44,301 bases of DNA from Batkoa obscura (taxonomy: Eukaryota): positions 1 through 44,301 of the forward strand of contig JASVEC010000132.1 in the NCBI GenBank assembly GCA_030770535.1, given 5' to 3'. The first letter of the stretch is position 1. The number at the start of each line of letters is the position of its first letter. A program made the translations under genes and the position numbers. The notes beneath the pieces are model-generated. The model was not told where the DNA came from and searched no databases. It worked only from the letters and a program-made list of their open reading frames with translations. Shown here piece after piece: positions 22,481 through 35,182 of the stretch.

Positions 22481-23635
22481 TTATACAACACTGTTGTAGG
22501 CAAGGAGATTAGGAGTTCCAGATCCTGGGTTACTGATGGCATTTTTGGTGGCAGATGATACAATCTTGGAAGTGATTTGTGCATTAGTGTATGATCCTTG
22601 GGAAAGGTAGTAAGCAGCAAGACCAGCAACATGTGGGGTGGCCATAGAAGTACCAGAGATGGAGTTGGTACCTCCGTTGTTCCAGGTAGAGAGAACATTA
22701 ACACCTGGGGCAATGACATCAACACATTTACCGAAGTTAGAGAAAGAAGCAAGTTTGTCATTGATATCGGAAGCAGCAACAGTAATGGCATTTGGTGCTG
22801 AAGCTGGGGATACATTGCAAGCATCTTGGCTTTCGTTACCAGCGGCAACTACGACAACAAATCCTTTTGTATAAGCAGTTTGTACAGCGTTGTTAAGGGT
22901 AGTAGATACACCACCACCAAGGGACATACTAATAACATTACCTTTGACACCTTTCTTATCATTAACAGCCCAGTTGATGGCTGAGAGGATACCTGAGGTA
23001 CTACCTGAACCACTGCCATCGAAAACTTTAACACCAACTAGACTTGCTTTCTTAGCAACACCATAAGTCTTAGATCCAATAGTTCCAGAGCAATGAGTAC
23101 CATGACCATGCTCATCATTATCATTGTTACCAGCAAATCTGGCACCAAATCTAGCACGACCTTCAAATTCAGGATGGGTAGTAAGAATACCAGTATCAAT
23201 AACGTAAACAGTTACTCCTGCACCATCACCGTTGTAAGTGTAGGTAGATTTTTGGGTAAAAGTACGCTGAGAGATACGAGCAAGACCCCATGGAGCACCA
23301 GTTTGGGTGGCATGAAGTTTGACCTCAGCATCAGCTTCAACAAAGTCAACATCAGGTAAATTACGTACCTTTTCCAACACTGATGAAGATAAACGAGCAT
23401 GGTAAGCGTTACCAATATGCTTGTAAACTGATTCAATTTTGTTGGATCCACTGCGTTCAGTGAAAAGTTCTTCAACTTGCTTGATGTGAGTGTCAATGGT
23501 AGTACGAGTATTACCTTTTAAAGTAACAATGTAGCTTCCTTCAATAGCCTTTCCATTTTTGTGTAATGGAGCAAGATCAGCGAATACTGAAGCAAGGAGG
23601 GAAGAAGTGACAGCGAAGATAGCGAAAACTTTCAT
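22481..23635 (-). CDS. Secreted subtilisin-like serine protease (S8, proteinase K type) with I9 propeptide
   Basis: MKVFAIF signal peptide; PWGLARIS; catalytic triad motifs [12 protein letters not shown] and [12 protein letters not shown]. Confidence 0.96.
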   Translation of the reverse strand: MKVFAIFAVTSSLLASVFADLAPLHKNGKAIEGSYIVTLKGNTRTTIDTHIKQVEELFTERSGSNKIESVYKHIGNAYHARLSSSVLEKVRNLPDVDFVEADAEVKLHATQTGAPWGLARISQRTFTQKSTYTYNGDGAGVTVYVIDTGILTTHPEFEGRARFGARFAGNNDNDEHGHGTHCSGTIGSKTYGVAKKASLVGVKVFDGSGSGSTSGILSAINWAVNDKKGVKGNVISMSLGGGVSTTLNNAVQTAYTKGFVVVVAAGNESQDACNVSPASAPNAITVAASDINDKLASFSNFGKCVDVIAPGVNVLSTWNNGGTNSISGTSMATPHVAGLAAYYLSQGSYTNAQITSKIVSSATKNAISNPGSGTPNLLAYNSVV

Positions 23636-25226
23636 TTTTATATACAATTTGATATGAGAGTATAAAACAGTCGATTTTTTTTTGATAACCCATTTGATAA
23701 ATTTTAATCTGTTTATATACCCTTGAATTAAACCCTGTTATTCCTCTATTCATTGTATATTTTGAAATTTTATGTAGAATGGTGTAAATATCATAAACCA
23801 CTTATTTACTATATTATCAGATGATAAGTTAGTTACTTATTTCTTCTAAATTAATCTAGTTGACTACTTTTAGTTGATTTAGTATTCTACCTAAAATTTA
23901 ATAAATCACATAAAACAACTGCTCACTTCATGATTGATCATATTTATATTTATAAAAAAAATGATATATATTCTTATTGATGGTTTATAAATTATTTCAT
24001 CCAGAATACATGCAATAATACTACATTTTTATATTAATTAGACTTATGTTTATTATTATCGCTTTATGACTCTTTCCTAAAAGTAATTAAACGTATAGTT
24101 CTGTATGTTTAATATATAAAACCCCTTTTAGTTTGACAAAAAGCATAAATTTTTTTTATCTACCTCTTAATAAAAAATCATATGTTTTCCGATAAGTAAT
24201 TAACAATGACCCTTAATATTTGATAAATACTATCCTTAAAGAAAAATGGTTTAACTTAATATTTTTAGCAATCTGGTACCAACTATAATGACATTTATTA
24301 TATTATTATGTAAAATCAGTTGATTGATTGTTTTATCATTATATGTGTAAATATTGTCATCTAAATTTTTATTCTTAATAAAGCAAAATATCTCCATTAA
24401 TTTTATTAGTGTTATTATAGAAAGTTTAATGATTTCATTAAAAAAGGTAGGAATTGTTTACTTTGAGAGAACTTTGAAAGAACATATCATTTATTTAATT
24501 TTAAAATAATTTAGTAAATAATATTATAATATTTATATGCTATTGATAAAGTCACCACAAACCGCTATTGGGCTATTTTATATATAATAAATAATATTCA
24601 ATTTAAAAATAATCTAAAGAGTAACTTTTATGTATACTAATTGAATAATTAATTTTAAGGAATAATTAATAATTCATGCAAAAAAATTAAAATATGATCA
24701 AATTTAATAAACCTAATATTTTTTATACATTCAATTAAACTCTATTTCTAAAAAGAGGATTTTTATTATTTAAGTTATTATATTCCTAACTTAAATACTA
24801 TGATTCGGTCAGTGAAAGAGTTTTATTTTATTTTATTTACAATACAAAAAATCCCATACTTTGACTTTACATAAGTTACTTTTAAAAGTAGCTTTCTCTT
24901 TCAGTATATTTAAGTTACTTAAATGTCAACTCTTAATCTATTAATTTTTATTCCAGCTTATCTCCCTTGACCCCTTTTTATTCTTTGCCCAAAGTTTAAC
25001 AGTGAGATTTTTTTAGTAAAGTTTAGTATATTTGGATAATTTTACAACATTATTTTAAAGATAAATTATTGAATTTCATAGACTCGGATTTACTGCTCTT
25101 TCTTTCCGATAGTTAACTATAAGTAAACACAATGTGTTATGGAAACGTAAGCTATTGTGGAAAAACTTTTTCATAATTTGATCTCTTTAAAGTTTTATCC
25201 TACTTTATTTTATTAGTTTATTATAT

Positions 25227-25323
25227 AGGGATGTTTTTTTTGGTTTCATTACTTATTCCATCTTTTAAGCACTATTAGTGGAAAAATTGTTGGTAAAACT
25301 CTTAAATACAAAAATACATCCCC
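25227..25323 (+). mobile_element. MITE-like element copy 10
   Basis: AGGGATGT...ACATCCCC; ATAT direct repeat. Confidence 0.9.
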
Positions 25324-25545
25324 ATATTATTTTAAATGTAAAAATTAATGACAATTTGTAAATTTCATTTTACTGTAATCGAGTGTAATAGCAGAGCCTT
25401 TGACTTACAACTCGAGGAGCTTATATGTATAACTAATATTTCAATGAATATCATGTACAATCCTCCGAAAATAAAATGCTGAGAAAAATATATCTTGCAC
25501 TATTATTTACTAGTATTATCTACCAAAAGGAATAACTCCGTACGA

Positions 25546-25762
25546 TAAAGATTGGTATCACTTATTTAATATGCGAAATTATACTTTTTTAATATAATAT
25601 AGGGATGTATTTTTATAAGAATTTTACCAACAAAATTTCCGCTCAAATAGCGCTTAAAAATGGAAAAAATAATGAGGTAAAAAAACACTCCCGTATACTA
25701 GTTTTGCCTACTATATATAATAGTAAGAAGTGGTTTAATATTAAATAAGTGACCATTCTTTA
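25546..25762. repeat. Second inverted-repeat element (~26 bp arms) enclosing MITE copy 11
   Basis: TAAAGATTGGTATCACTTATTTAATAT (25546-25572) versus ATATTAAATAAGTGACCATTCTTTA (25738-25762). Confidence 0.6.
25601..25692 (-). mobile_element. MITE-like element copy 11
   Basis: AGGGATGT...ACACTCCC, core TTTCCGCTCAAATAGCGCTTAAAAATGGAAAAA; flanks TAAT/GTAT. Confidence 0.88.
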
Positions 25763-25865
25763 AAGTAAATTTTACTGCATTTACAAATGATTTTAGTTTA
25801 CAAGTAAATGATTTAAATAAAACAATAAAGTATAGTTTTTTTAATACTTTATTCCTTCATTGGCT

Positions 25866-27456
25866 TTAAATAATATCCACCCTATTTATAAATTGAATAT
25901 CCAAATCCTTTGAAAGTATAAGTCCAGTGGTAATAAGTAATAGCTTTTCCCGTTGTTTTGAATTCTGACCTAATTTAGTTTGATATTTTTGTAATAACAA
26001 TAAGAACCCAACCCTTTGTTCAATTAATGAAAAGTTAATAACAATATCTAAAAAATGATTAGTTAAATAATAATAGTGATACTCTTACACAGCCTAAAGC
26101 TGTAGTTAAATGCCATCCATGAATTAATTTGCTCACTATGTGGGTCCAAGAAGCGATTGGGATCAAATTTTTCTGGGTTTGGAAAGTACTTTTAAGTATG
26201 GCGCAATGCCCAAAAATGGTAAGTAACATAGGCCTCCTTTTTAATCAGCGCCCCATTAGGGATGATTTCATCCTTAACACAGTAGCGTTTTAATGAACTA
26301 ACTGTAGTAATAAACTACATGGTTTCTTTGATAAAGCAGTTTAGATAAATAAGGCTTTTTTACTGTTCATGAGATGGTATACAGTTCCCACTATTACCTA
26401 AAATATTAATTAGTTCTTTGAGTTTTTCCTTGGATTTCTGGATATTTTGAGAAAAATGAATGGTAGAAGTAAGAGAATTTACTATAGTATCATCCTCTGC
26501 TAAAAAGAAAGCAGCCAAGTTATTTACTACTTCATCAGTAGTTAAACTTCTTTAGTTGGTCTCGTCATATTATTAAGCATCAAACTAACAAAACCATCTT
26601 TACTATTTCTACTTTCAATTTCTTTCGTACGAACTCCAATAATATCAGCTAAAAATGAACAGAGTTCATCAATTTTATAGTGATAATATTCTCATGACGG
26701 AACAACAGATTCTGATATAAGGAAAATAAAATATATTAAATTAAATAATTCTTTTAAGATTTCACTATAAACTTTCATCATTTTCCTTTTTCCATTGTTT
26801 CTAATTGCTTCAAAATCAAAACTAAATAAGCCTTTTCCTAAAACATCCAAAGTAAAGCGTTGAAAAAGAACATCTATCATTACTGATTTATTACTATTCT
26901 CTCTAATTTTTTCAATAAGACCCTTGCTACTATCACTAAAAAGCTCCACAGACCAACTTTTTTTAAATGGTAGATCGGTAATACGACGGCGACGCTTCCG
27001 TTTTTCGTTATCATTAGAAATGATGTTAGAGATCCTAAAAAATTTACGTTCTAGTTAGTTTCTTTAAATACATGGGGGTGTATTTTTGTATTTAAGAATT
27101 TTACTGACAATTTTTCCACATAAATAGCGCTTAAAAAATGGAAAAATAATGAAACTAAAAAAAACAGCCCCACATGATCCTTTTTTTTCAAAAAACATGC
27201 TTAATTCTTAACCCATCCCATACTATTACTTCACATTTCCCCTGCCGCCAAACCACACATACTTGGTTTTTTCCATTGCCAACCGAAATACCTACTCATA
27301 GTGAATATAAATGGCTCTTCTTTGATAAGAGAAATAACAATATTAATAAAAGGGATTTGAGGGACGCTCCTCAAATGCTCGGAGATTTTAAACAATCAAC
27401 ATATTTTATGAGTTATAAATGATGCTAATAATATAAAGTTAATATATATATAACAT
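25866..27456 (-). pseudogene. Cytochrome P450 pseudogene, interrupted by a MITE
   Basis: FQRFTLDVLGKGLFSFDF; I-helix decayed to FFLAEDDTI; ExxR broken (FIKETM*); PEKFDPNRFL; heme motif decayed to FNYSFRLY; multiple stops and frameshifts. Confidence 0.9.
27074..27171 (-). mobile_element. MITE-like element copy 12, inside the P450 pseudogene
   Basis: GGGGGTGT...ACAGCCCC; ACAT direct repeat on both sides. Confidence 0.92.
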
Positions 27457-27868
27457 TGATATTAAGCCAATATTTATAAAAGAAACCCAATTATATAGGT
27501 AGTGATAAAAGTAGCTTTTTACACTATTTTTATTTTGCATCTTTTAAAAATTAATATTCCGTCTATCGGATCAATTTAATAAAAAGAAACGAATAGACCT
27601 TTGGTATAATAACAAACAGAATTAGTTAAGTAAATTGAAAACATTTAAAAAAAACTATCACTCATTTACAAGAAATAAAACAGGCCAAAAAAGGAATATT
27701 TGAAAAAGTCATTAAATAGATTCTTTTAAAACAATAGAATCTGTTAATTAAGATTCAATGAAACATAAATGTAAATTTAGCTCTTTTTAAAATTATAAGT
27801 ATTTTAAAATATGGTGTATACAATTAATAAACAGTAGTATATTAGTTTTGAATTTTTAATAATTAAAT

Positions 27869-27967
27869 GGGGATATTTTTTTTAGTTTCATTACTTTTCC
27901 CATTTTCTAAGCACTATTTGAGTAGAAAATTTGTTAGTAAAATTCTTAAACATAAAAATACATCCCC
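27869..27967 (+). mobile_element. MITE-like element copy 13
   Basis: GGGGAT...ATCCCC; AAAT direct repeat. Confidence 0.92.
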
Positions 27968-28345
27968 AAATTTATTTTTTTAAAATTTTGAATTACATTA
28001 AAAGTTAATATTATATTTAAAGTGTTCATCTATAGAAGATTATAAATATCAAAATGATAGTAATTTAAATATTTGAAACTAACTCTATTTAATCAAAAAA
28101 GAATAATTTATTATAGAAATATTTTAATAGACTGATTTTTTTTTTACTTTCTTCAACTTTAAAATAATACTAAAAAAAACCATAAACAAACTTATCATCT
28201 ACTTTTTTATGTCTATACAATATACTACTTTCTTAGATAGTAAAAGCTTTGAAATGCATAAGATGTTTTCACTATTGATAATTTTTAATAGAAAAATAGC
28301 ATTCCAAAGCCTATAAAGGATTTATTGACAAAAAGCAGTCTGAAA

Positions 28346-28417
28346 GGGCCAAACCGGGAATTGAACCCGGGACCTCACCCACCCTAAGGGTGAATCATAC
28401 CACTAGACCATTTGGCC
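28346..28417 (-). tRNA. tRNA-Pro (anticodon AGG)
   Basis: Reverse complement: GGCCAAA/TTTGGCC acceptor stem, TGGTCTAGTGG, CACCC-TTAGGGT-GGGTG anticodon arm, GTTCAATTC T-loop; 72 nt. Confidence 0.95.
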
Positions 28418-28513
28418 ATCCCTACTTGCCATATACTAAATTTTTAGTTTATAAAGAATTATACTACATGTTTAAAAAGAATAAATACCCTTGGAATTAG
28501 ATTATCTTATTAA

Positions 28514-30638
28514 ATGAGATCTTTCAATCAAATCTTTAAGTTTGTTAATAAAGCTCGAATTTTTAATAAAGATAATTTTAGTTATTTAAGTAGAATGAGT
28601 GATATCAAAGACATATTAAATAACAGCGATAAAGTTTGTGATATCAAGGCAAATGGGTATACCGAGTCAGCTGCAACTGACAATAGAGCAGATAATTTAA
28701 ATGAAGGTAAATGATTTTAACTTATTTAAATAAGTCCTAACTTTTTAGATACACAAATAAACAAAAAAATAAAAACAGAAAGTAATGAACTAGAGAATTC
28801 AAATAAAAAACAACCAAAGAAAAAGAAACTAAAGAAGCCAAAGCCAATGCCATCAGACTCGAATATATTAATGGATTTACATTCGTTAAACCCAAAGTTA
28901 ATAAACTCTAAAAAGAATGAAGACTTTAATAAATCTTTATTTTATGAATATTTACCATTTGAGCGATTTACTGAGTACGAAGTCGAAATTGTTAAACTAG
29001 CATCTAATGGTAAAGTTGGCTATCTTTCGTTTAAACTTATCCTTAAATATCTTCAACTATAGGAACTGGTATTGGTGTTACTAAAGATGTTAAAGATTGG
29101 TTTATATTAGTTCCATTTACAACTATCGGTGATATTGTAAAAACTAGGGTGTTTTCCCATTGCAGGTAGCTTCATTTGATTATATTTAATCTTTTAACCT
29201 TATATTAAAAAGGGGGTACTCTGAAGGAGATTTTGTAGAGCTGATATCAAGAGGGAATAGTTCACTTAAACTAACTGAAGCTCCATGCAAGTACTTTGGA
29301 ACTTGTTCTGGTTGTCAATGGCAAAACTTTACATATGAAACACAATTGGAATTAAAAGAAAATTTATTAAAGAGGGCTTTTCTTTATGGATCAAGGCCAC
29401 TTATGGAATTAATTCACTTTGACAAACCAGAGGAATCGCCATTGAAATTCAATTATAGAACAAAATTAACACCTCATTTTGATAAGCCTAAAAGTAGCAC
29501 AAAGGAGGGATCTGAGACTAAATGTAATGAAGTTGGGTTAAAAGCTGATATCGGATTCAATGAGAAAGGTAGAAGAAAAATTATGGATATTGAAGATTGT
29601 ATTTTGGCTACTCCAGCTGTAAGTAATGGGTATAAACTGGAAAGAGAAAAAGTAAATAAACAGTTGGATAGTTATAAGCGTGGTGCAACATTAATTATAA
29701 GAGAGTCTTTGACTAAAGACGATAATGGTAATGAAGTAGTGGATGTAGTTAATACTCATAAAGGGATTGTGACCCAACCTGTTGGTGATTTAAGGTTCAA
29801 GTACCCAAGTGGTAATATATCTTTAGTTTGCTATATATTTCAATGTTTACATTTCAACTTTAGGTTCTTTCTTCCAAGTGAATGCTTCGATCTTACCAAG
29901 GCTTACAGAATATGTAATGTCCGAATTTACCAATGCTCCATTAGCTCAAAAACCAAAATATTTATTGGATGTTTATTGTGGATCTGGATTATTTGCAGTT
30001 GCTTGTTCTTCTGCTTTTGAAAAAGTAGTTGGCGTAGATGTTAATGACCAATCAATTGCATTTGCATCTAAAAATGCTGAGTTAAACAACATCGATAATT
30101 GCTCATTTAAGTTAGGTGAAGCTGAGGTCATTTTTAAGGGGTTGGAATTTAATGGAGATGAAACAGCAGTCATCATTGATCCTCCAAGGAAAGGATGCAG
30201 TGAAGAGTAAGTTCATTTTTATATAGTATTAAATTATTCTAACTTATGTTTAGTTTTATTAAACAATTAATCGACTTTGCACCCTCAAGTATTGTATATG
30301 TATCATGTAATCCATTTACACAGGCACGTGATCTCCAAATGCTACTTGATTTGACTGGAGGAAATGTAAGTCAAGGAAATATGCCAAAGATAAATTCAGT
30401 TGAAAATATCAGGGAGATTTGTCCGGAATTTATTTCGCCTTTAGAAGCAGAAAAGAACTGGGAAAGTTTTACACAGGAAAGTGATAAAGAAATAGTTAAA
30501 CAATACACGTCTTATATTAAAGGTGAGGCCAAAAAAATGAGCTTTACATACAAAATAGTGAAAGTTAAACCCTTTGATATGTTTCCTCAGACGATGCACA
30601 TCGAATCGCTTTTAACCCTCGTTAAAGTTCCTTTATGA
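28514..30638 (+). CDS. TRM2: tRNA (uracil-54 C5)-methyltransferase; multi-exon
   Basis: TRAM-like region, CKYFGTCSGCQWQ, YRTKLTPHF, FFQVN, LLDVYCGSGLF, IIDPPRKGC, IVYVSCN and FDMFPQTMHIES motifs across GT-AG introns. Confidence 0.92.
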
Positions 30639-30736
30639 ATAGACTTTATTTTTGATCTAATATAAATATAAATATATTAATACAAAATCGAAAAGTAATA
30701 AATAAAATAGAATACATTATGTTTTTTGAATGTTTT

Positions 30737-31189
30737 TTATTGTGATTATGATTTCAATCTTTTGGGTTTGATTGTCAAATTGATTTAGTTTTTCCAATTT
30801 AGATACTTGATTTTCTCCTACTATTTTATAAAATGTGCGAGTGGTACTTAACAAGTACACACTGTACAGGAAACCATTATTTAACATATACTTATGTAGT
30901 AGTTTTCATGCACATCTTTCTCGTGGTTTGAGAATCATTACGATTGTATCTTATAGCAATAGTTAGGTTATTACGTGGTATGATTACTTCTAGAATCATA
31001 CTTGAAGTTAGTAGGTCCGGTCATTCTTTCGGAACTGTTCATAGCTTGTATTTTGGGATGGGCTAACCCAAAGCACAGGTCAATAGAATAGCCATAGTCG
31101 TCCCATTTGCCTATTAGGATAAGAATTATACATACGAATATATAAATTTCTCTGTCTGATTCGTCAGTCAATGGATCGTAAAGCACCAT
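30737..31189 (-). pseudogene. Decayed ORF of unknown family, copy A
   Basis: YDPLTDESDREIYIF...GYSID...HPKIQAMN...HFYKIVGENQV with stops; similar to the neighbouring copy B. Confidence 0.45.
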
Positions 31190-31629
31190 CTTATATATAT
31201 CAACTTATGGCTCAATTGTTTAAATAGACAAAAGATAATTGATAAAAATCCTTTATTGGCTTTTTATAGTTAACTAAATATTGAGGCATTCAATCTAAGG
31301 TAAGTGTTTTACTTAAGTTAGATAAACTTGGTAATTTGGGATTGAAATCTAACGAGATAATAAGGTTATATATATAAAAAAGAGTATCAAATTAAAAATA
31401 AAGAAACAGTTAAATAATATGCATCTAATATTAAAAATATATCTAAGTGAGTTTTGTATAAAATTCCAAAAGTGCTTTTTGATATATTTCCACAAGCAAT
31501 GTATAGCAAATTGCTTCTAACTTTTGATTTAAATTTTTAGAAATACTCATGTATCAAGACAAAGTACAAAAAGTATCAAGGTATAATGGAGCAAGTCCTT
31601 TAAGTGTCTTGGTTTATGGTTTCAAATAT

Positions 31630-32050
31630 ATGAATTTTCTAATCGAATTAGGTTGTTTATGCCATATCAACTACTTTGTTTTCCATACTATTTTATAAAT
31701 TGCATAATGGTGATCTAAAATACATACATACGATATAATAAGGTCATATAATATGAGTCCATGGAATGCACTTACAGCCAATCCTTTTATGATATGGAGA
31801 TTTTCCTAATTGCATTTCAGAGTTATAGCTGGTCAACCACGATGATATTATATTTACAGTTAAATCTGGGAGGCTTTTTACTCATTCTGGATCACCCATA
31901 GGCTCTATTTCAGGATAGCCAAATAGAGTTTTATAATTGATAGAATAGTCATGGCGCACCCCTCCACCTGCTGATGTAAGGATTAGATGTGTAAAAATAA
32001 TAACATTTGATTCCGATTCTCTAAGTAAATCATCATAACTTAAAGAAACA
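31630..32050 (-). pseudogene. Decayed ORF of unknown family, copy B
   Basis: YDDLLRESESNVIIF...DYSIN...YPEIEPMG...AIYKIVWKNKV with stops; colinear with copy A. Confidence 0.45.
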
Positions 32051-32557
32051 CTTCAAAGAATCCTTAATATTTCACACTTAAAAGATAAAATACTATAAGA
32101 TTTATACTTTTTTATGGCCAAATATATATACTTATTCATCGATGTAAGTGATTTTAACAAATTAAGATAAATTTAGTAAATTAGGAAATGAACCTATTTT
32201 CAAGGAATTTTTAGTAAAGAATATTGATCAGAGGTAAATTGTAATCTTTTTTAGTAGTACTAACTTTTATGAAATAAACCATTAATTCACATCTATCAAG
32301 AACCTTAACATTAACCTCCATAATCTAACTTTATCAAAAGTATTTGGCAGCTAATTCCTGGATTTGACTAGCTGTTATTTTAATTAGAACAAAATTTTAT
32401 TTAAAGTAGGAAGTTTTTTGAAATGAAGAAAACTATCTACCTGGTCATCGCCCCCTACTAAACTTTGGTAATGGTTCTAAGTTTTTACGTTGCGTAAAAA
32501 ATGGACAAACAACAAAAATAAAAGATCACTAGATTAAAATTTGCTTTTTTATCGCTT

Positions 32558-34971
32558 ATGTCTATAAAAACTAATAATAAAGGAAAGGACTTAAGTGACC
32601 AGTTAAAGTTAAACTGGATGCCTGAAAAGGATTGTGAGCTCAATGAAGAAATACTAGCAAATATGTTATTTAATTGGCATACATTGAATTCCAGCCAAAA
32701 GACCAGGCTTTTTAATTATTTTTTGATTAACCATGGAGCTGAATTAGGACCAAATTTTAAGGAAATCCCAAGACTAGTATATAATTTTCAATTGCTTTTC
32801 GATATTGCTAATCTTGATTTTAGTATGAGCAAAATTTAGCTTTAGATAGAAATAAAACTGTAGCTTCGTTTCATAATTTGGTTGCTGGGTTTTCTGCACA
32901 TAGCACACCTAAATTATACAACTTGTCTACAAATAATGGTAGTGCCAAAGGAAACGCCTTAAAATTAAAGGATAAAAGTAAATCTATTAAATATATCACC
33001 AAATTAATTATAGCCTATTGATAGTAAGTAAACTGAATAAAAACAACAGGGAGTTACAGACATTTTCCTACTTATGCGAAGAACAGAGAATGGAGCTGCT
33101 TAAAGAGAATTCAGGTTTACAATTAAATAAAACAGAACATTTTGTTTACAAACAACATGAAGATAGCAATTGCTCCAGCTCAGTTATAGTAAATAAACAA
33201 AGACAGAACTTTAAACCATTAAGTAATAATTGCACATTAATAATTACAAAAATGGTTCTGATTTTTACAGCTGAAGGAAATAATTCAAAGCAAAGTTCTA
33301 GAGATGATTCGAAAAAGAAGGATTTATCTACTTCCGATGTTGATAGCCCATTTTCAAAAATCAAAACTGAAAATCACATGAACCAAAGTAAATTCTTAAC
33401 TTATTTATTAATGTTGGTTAATTTAGTATAAATAGATGCGGCTAAATCTGCTCACAATGTCATTACTCAAGGTCCTGCAAATTTTCTAAAGGATAGGAAT
33501 TTAATCACTCCTGAAAAAGCTATGTTTGAAAAGCAGCAAAGAGCTATTCATATGATGAGCCAAAGTAAATTATATCACTTCCAATATCATCATTTTATTA
33601 ACGTAAGTAGCTGTTATTAGACCACCTATTGATTCTATACCTGGAACCTTCATACGTGAATCACCTACAGGTATATTATTATTTTATGGTCTTTATATAT
33701 TGAATTAAACTGGAGACCAGAATGTATCAAAAACAGTTGGAATTTATTTGTTTTAGAATGAAATGTATATGATTAACTTATTTAATATTAGTTCAAAGCT
33801 ATTCAGCTTCAAACGCTAGCTTAAATAGGTTGAGTTCCAGTAAAGATAGGTACAATAAAAAAGAAGTGACAGTGCTTGATGATGTGGGTTTAAGGAAATT
33901 AATGGACCAAAGTAATCTTTATTTCAAGCTTAAGTTCTTATACTAAATTTAGGTAGTATCACAACAAAATAGAGAATATAAAAGAAGTACACTAAGAGAA
34001 CAAAAAGAAAAAGAAAAAGAATGGGCTTTGCTTGAAAAAAGTAATTTAAAAAAAAAACAAAAGTTGATAATTAAAGATAAATAGTGCATAATAAAAAAAT
34101 GGGTAGTGCTATTAGGAGGAAAAAAACAATTACTCATCGATCACCCACTTCACCTAAGCCGGTGAGATTTATTCCAAGAGTAGCTAATCATGTTAGAGTA
34201 ATAAGGGGGATATTTAGAAAGAAAGAGGTGAAACAGCCTAATCAATTAAATGAGCAGGGTAGAAATTATCTAATAATTAAGAGACAATTTTAACATTTAT
34301 GTTTATAGTAAAAGAAAAAGAATTATCATCATCTAATAGTAATTGTAAACTTAACGAGAATCCCCAAGGGATACTAAGACTAAAAGGTAATTTAACTCAT
34401 ACTTCGACTATTTAAACTAAATTGTTCTTAGTTGATGATGGGATGAATTTCTTACGTATGAGTCAAGCTGATGGTATCCCTGATAATCAAAGTAAATGAT
34501 TGCAAACTAAAATAATGAAATTTTATCAACTATTCATGTAGATATTATAAAAACAGGTGAATTAAAACAGGAAGATAAAGTAAACAATAATAACAATAAC
34601 GTCAATAGTTAAAATCTAAACCTATTATTATTTTAGGAAAAGGAAGTACTTGAAATCATCAACAACTCTTGCATAATTTCTGATGATGATTATCAATTTA
34701 TTGTTGATTGTTTAAATGGAAAAGGAGAAGGTAACTTGGTATTATAACAACAAAAAATAATATTAGCTTAAATTAGTTAGTGGGAGGCCATGAAGTTATA
34801 TCTGGTAGTTCGGTTACAACTAACAACCCCATTAGAATCATAATTCAAGAAAGAGCAGATGAAGAAGGTGCATTTGAAAGGATTACCCACACTATCTTTG
34901 TTGCTTTCTTAAAAGATGATGGTACCATAGGCTGGGATGTCACTCATGGATCTTTTCTAAACAAGGATTAG
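32558..34971 (+). CDS. Putative negative elongation factor A (NELF-A)-like protein; many short exons
   Basis: The spliced N-terminus (LNWMPE...WHTLNSSQKTRLF...LALDRNKTV...LKDK...SYLCEE...EHFVYK), central KKEVTVLDD and C-terminal domain (IINNSCIISDDDYQFIVDCLNG...IRIIIQE...IGW) resemble NELF-A as recalled. The gene is well supported; the identity call is by eye. Confidence 0.65.
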
Positions 34972-35182
34972 CCATATAATATTTATTTTATTGAACATTG
35001 AATATTTTGAGTTATTTTTATTAGGTCAAATAAAATAAACAACTATTGTGCTTAACAAAACATTTTAATAATTTTAATAATAATAAATTTAAGAGTTGTG
35101 ATTGGCTAAGAATAAAATAAAAACAGAATATTACAATTTATAGTTTACTCATTTATCGTCAATTTTAAACAACATACAAAAG

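Noticed and set aside
22459..23801. Alternative-frame ORFs over the subtilisin gene, and the extended start at 23647
   Set aside because: Shadow ORFs; the ATG at 23635 gives a proper signal peptide.
27174..27422. 82 aa plus-strand ORF
   Set aside because: It is antisense to the P450 pseudogene 5' region and starts at the MITE junction.
28346..28514. Functional link between tRNA-Pro and the adjacent divergent TRM2
   Set aside because: tRNA genes are scattered in fungal genomes, so adjacency alone is not evidence.
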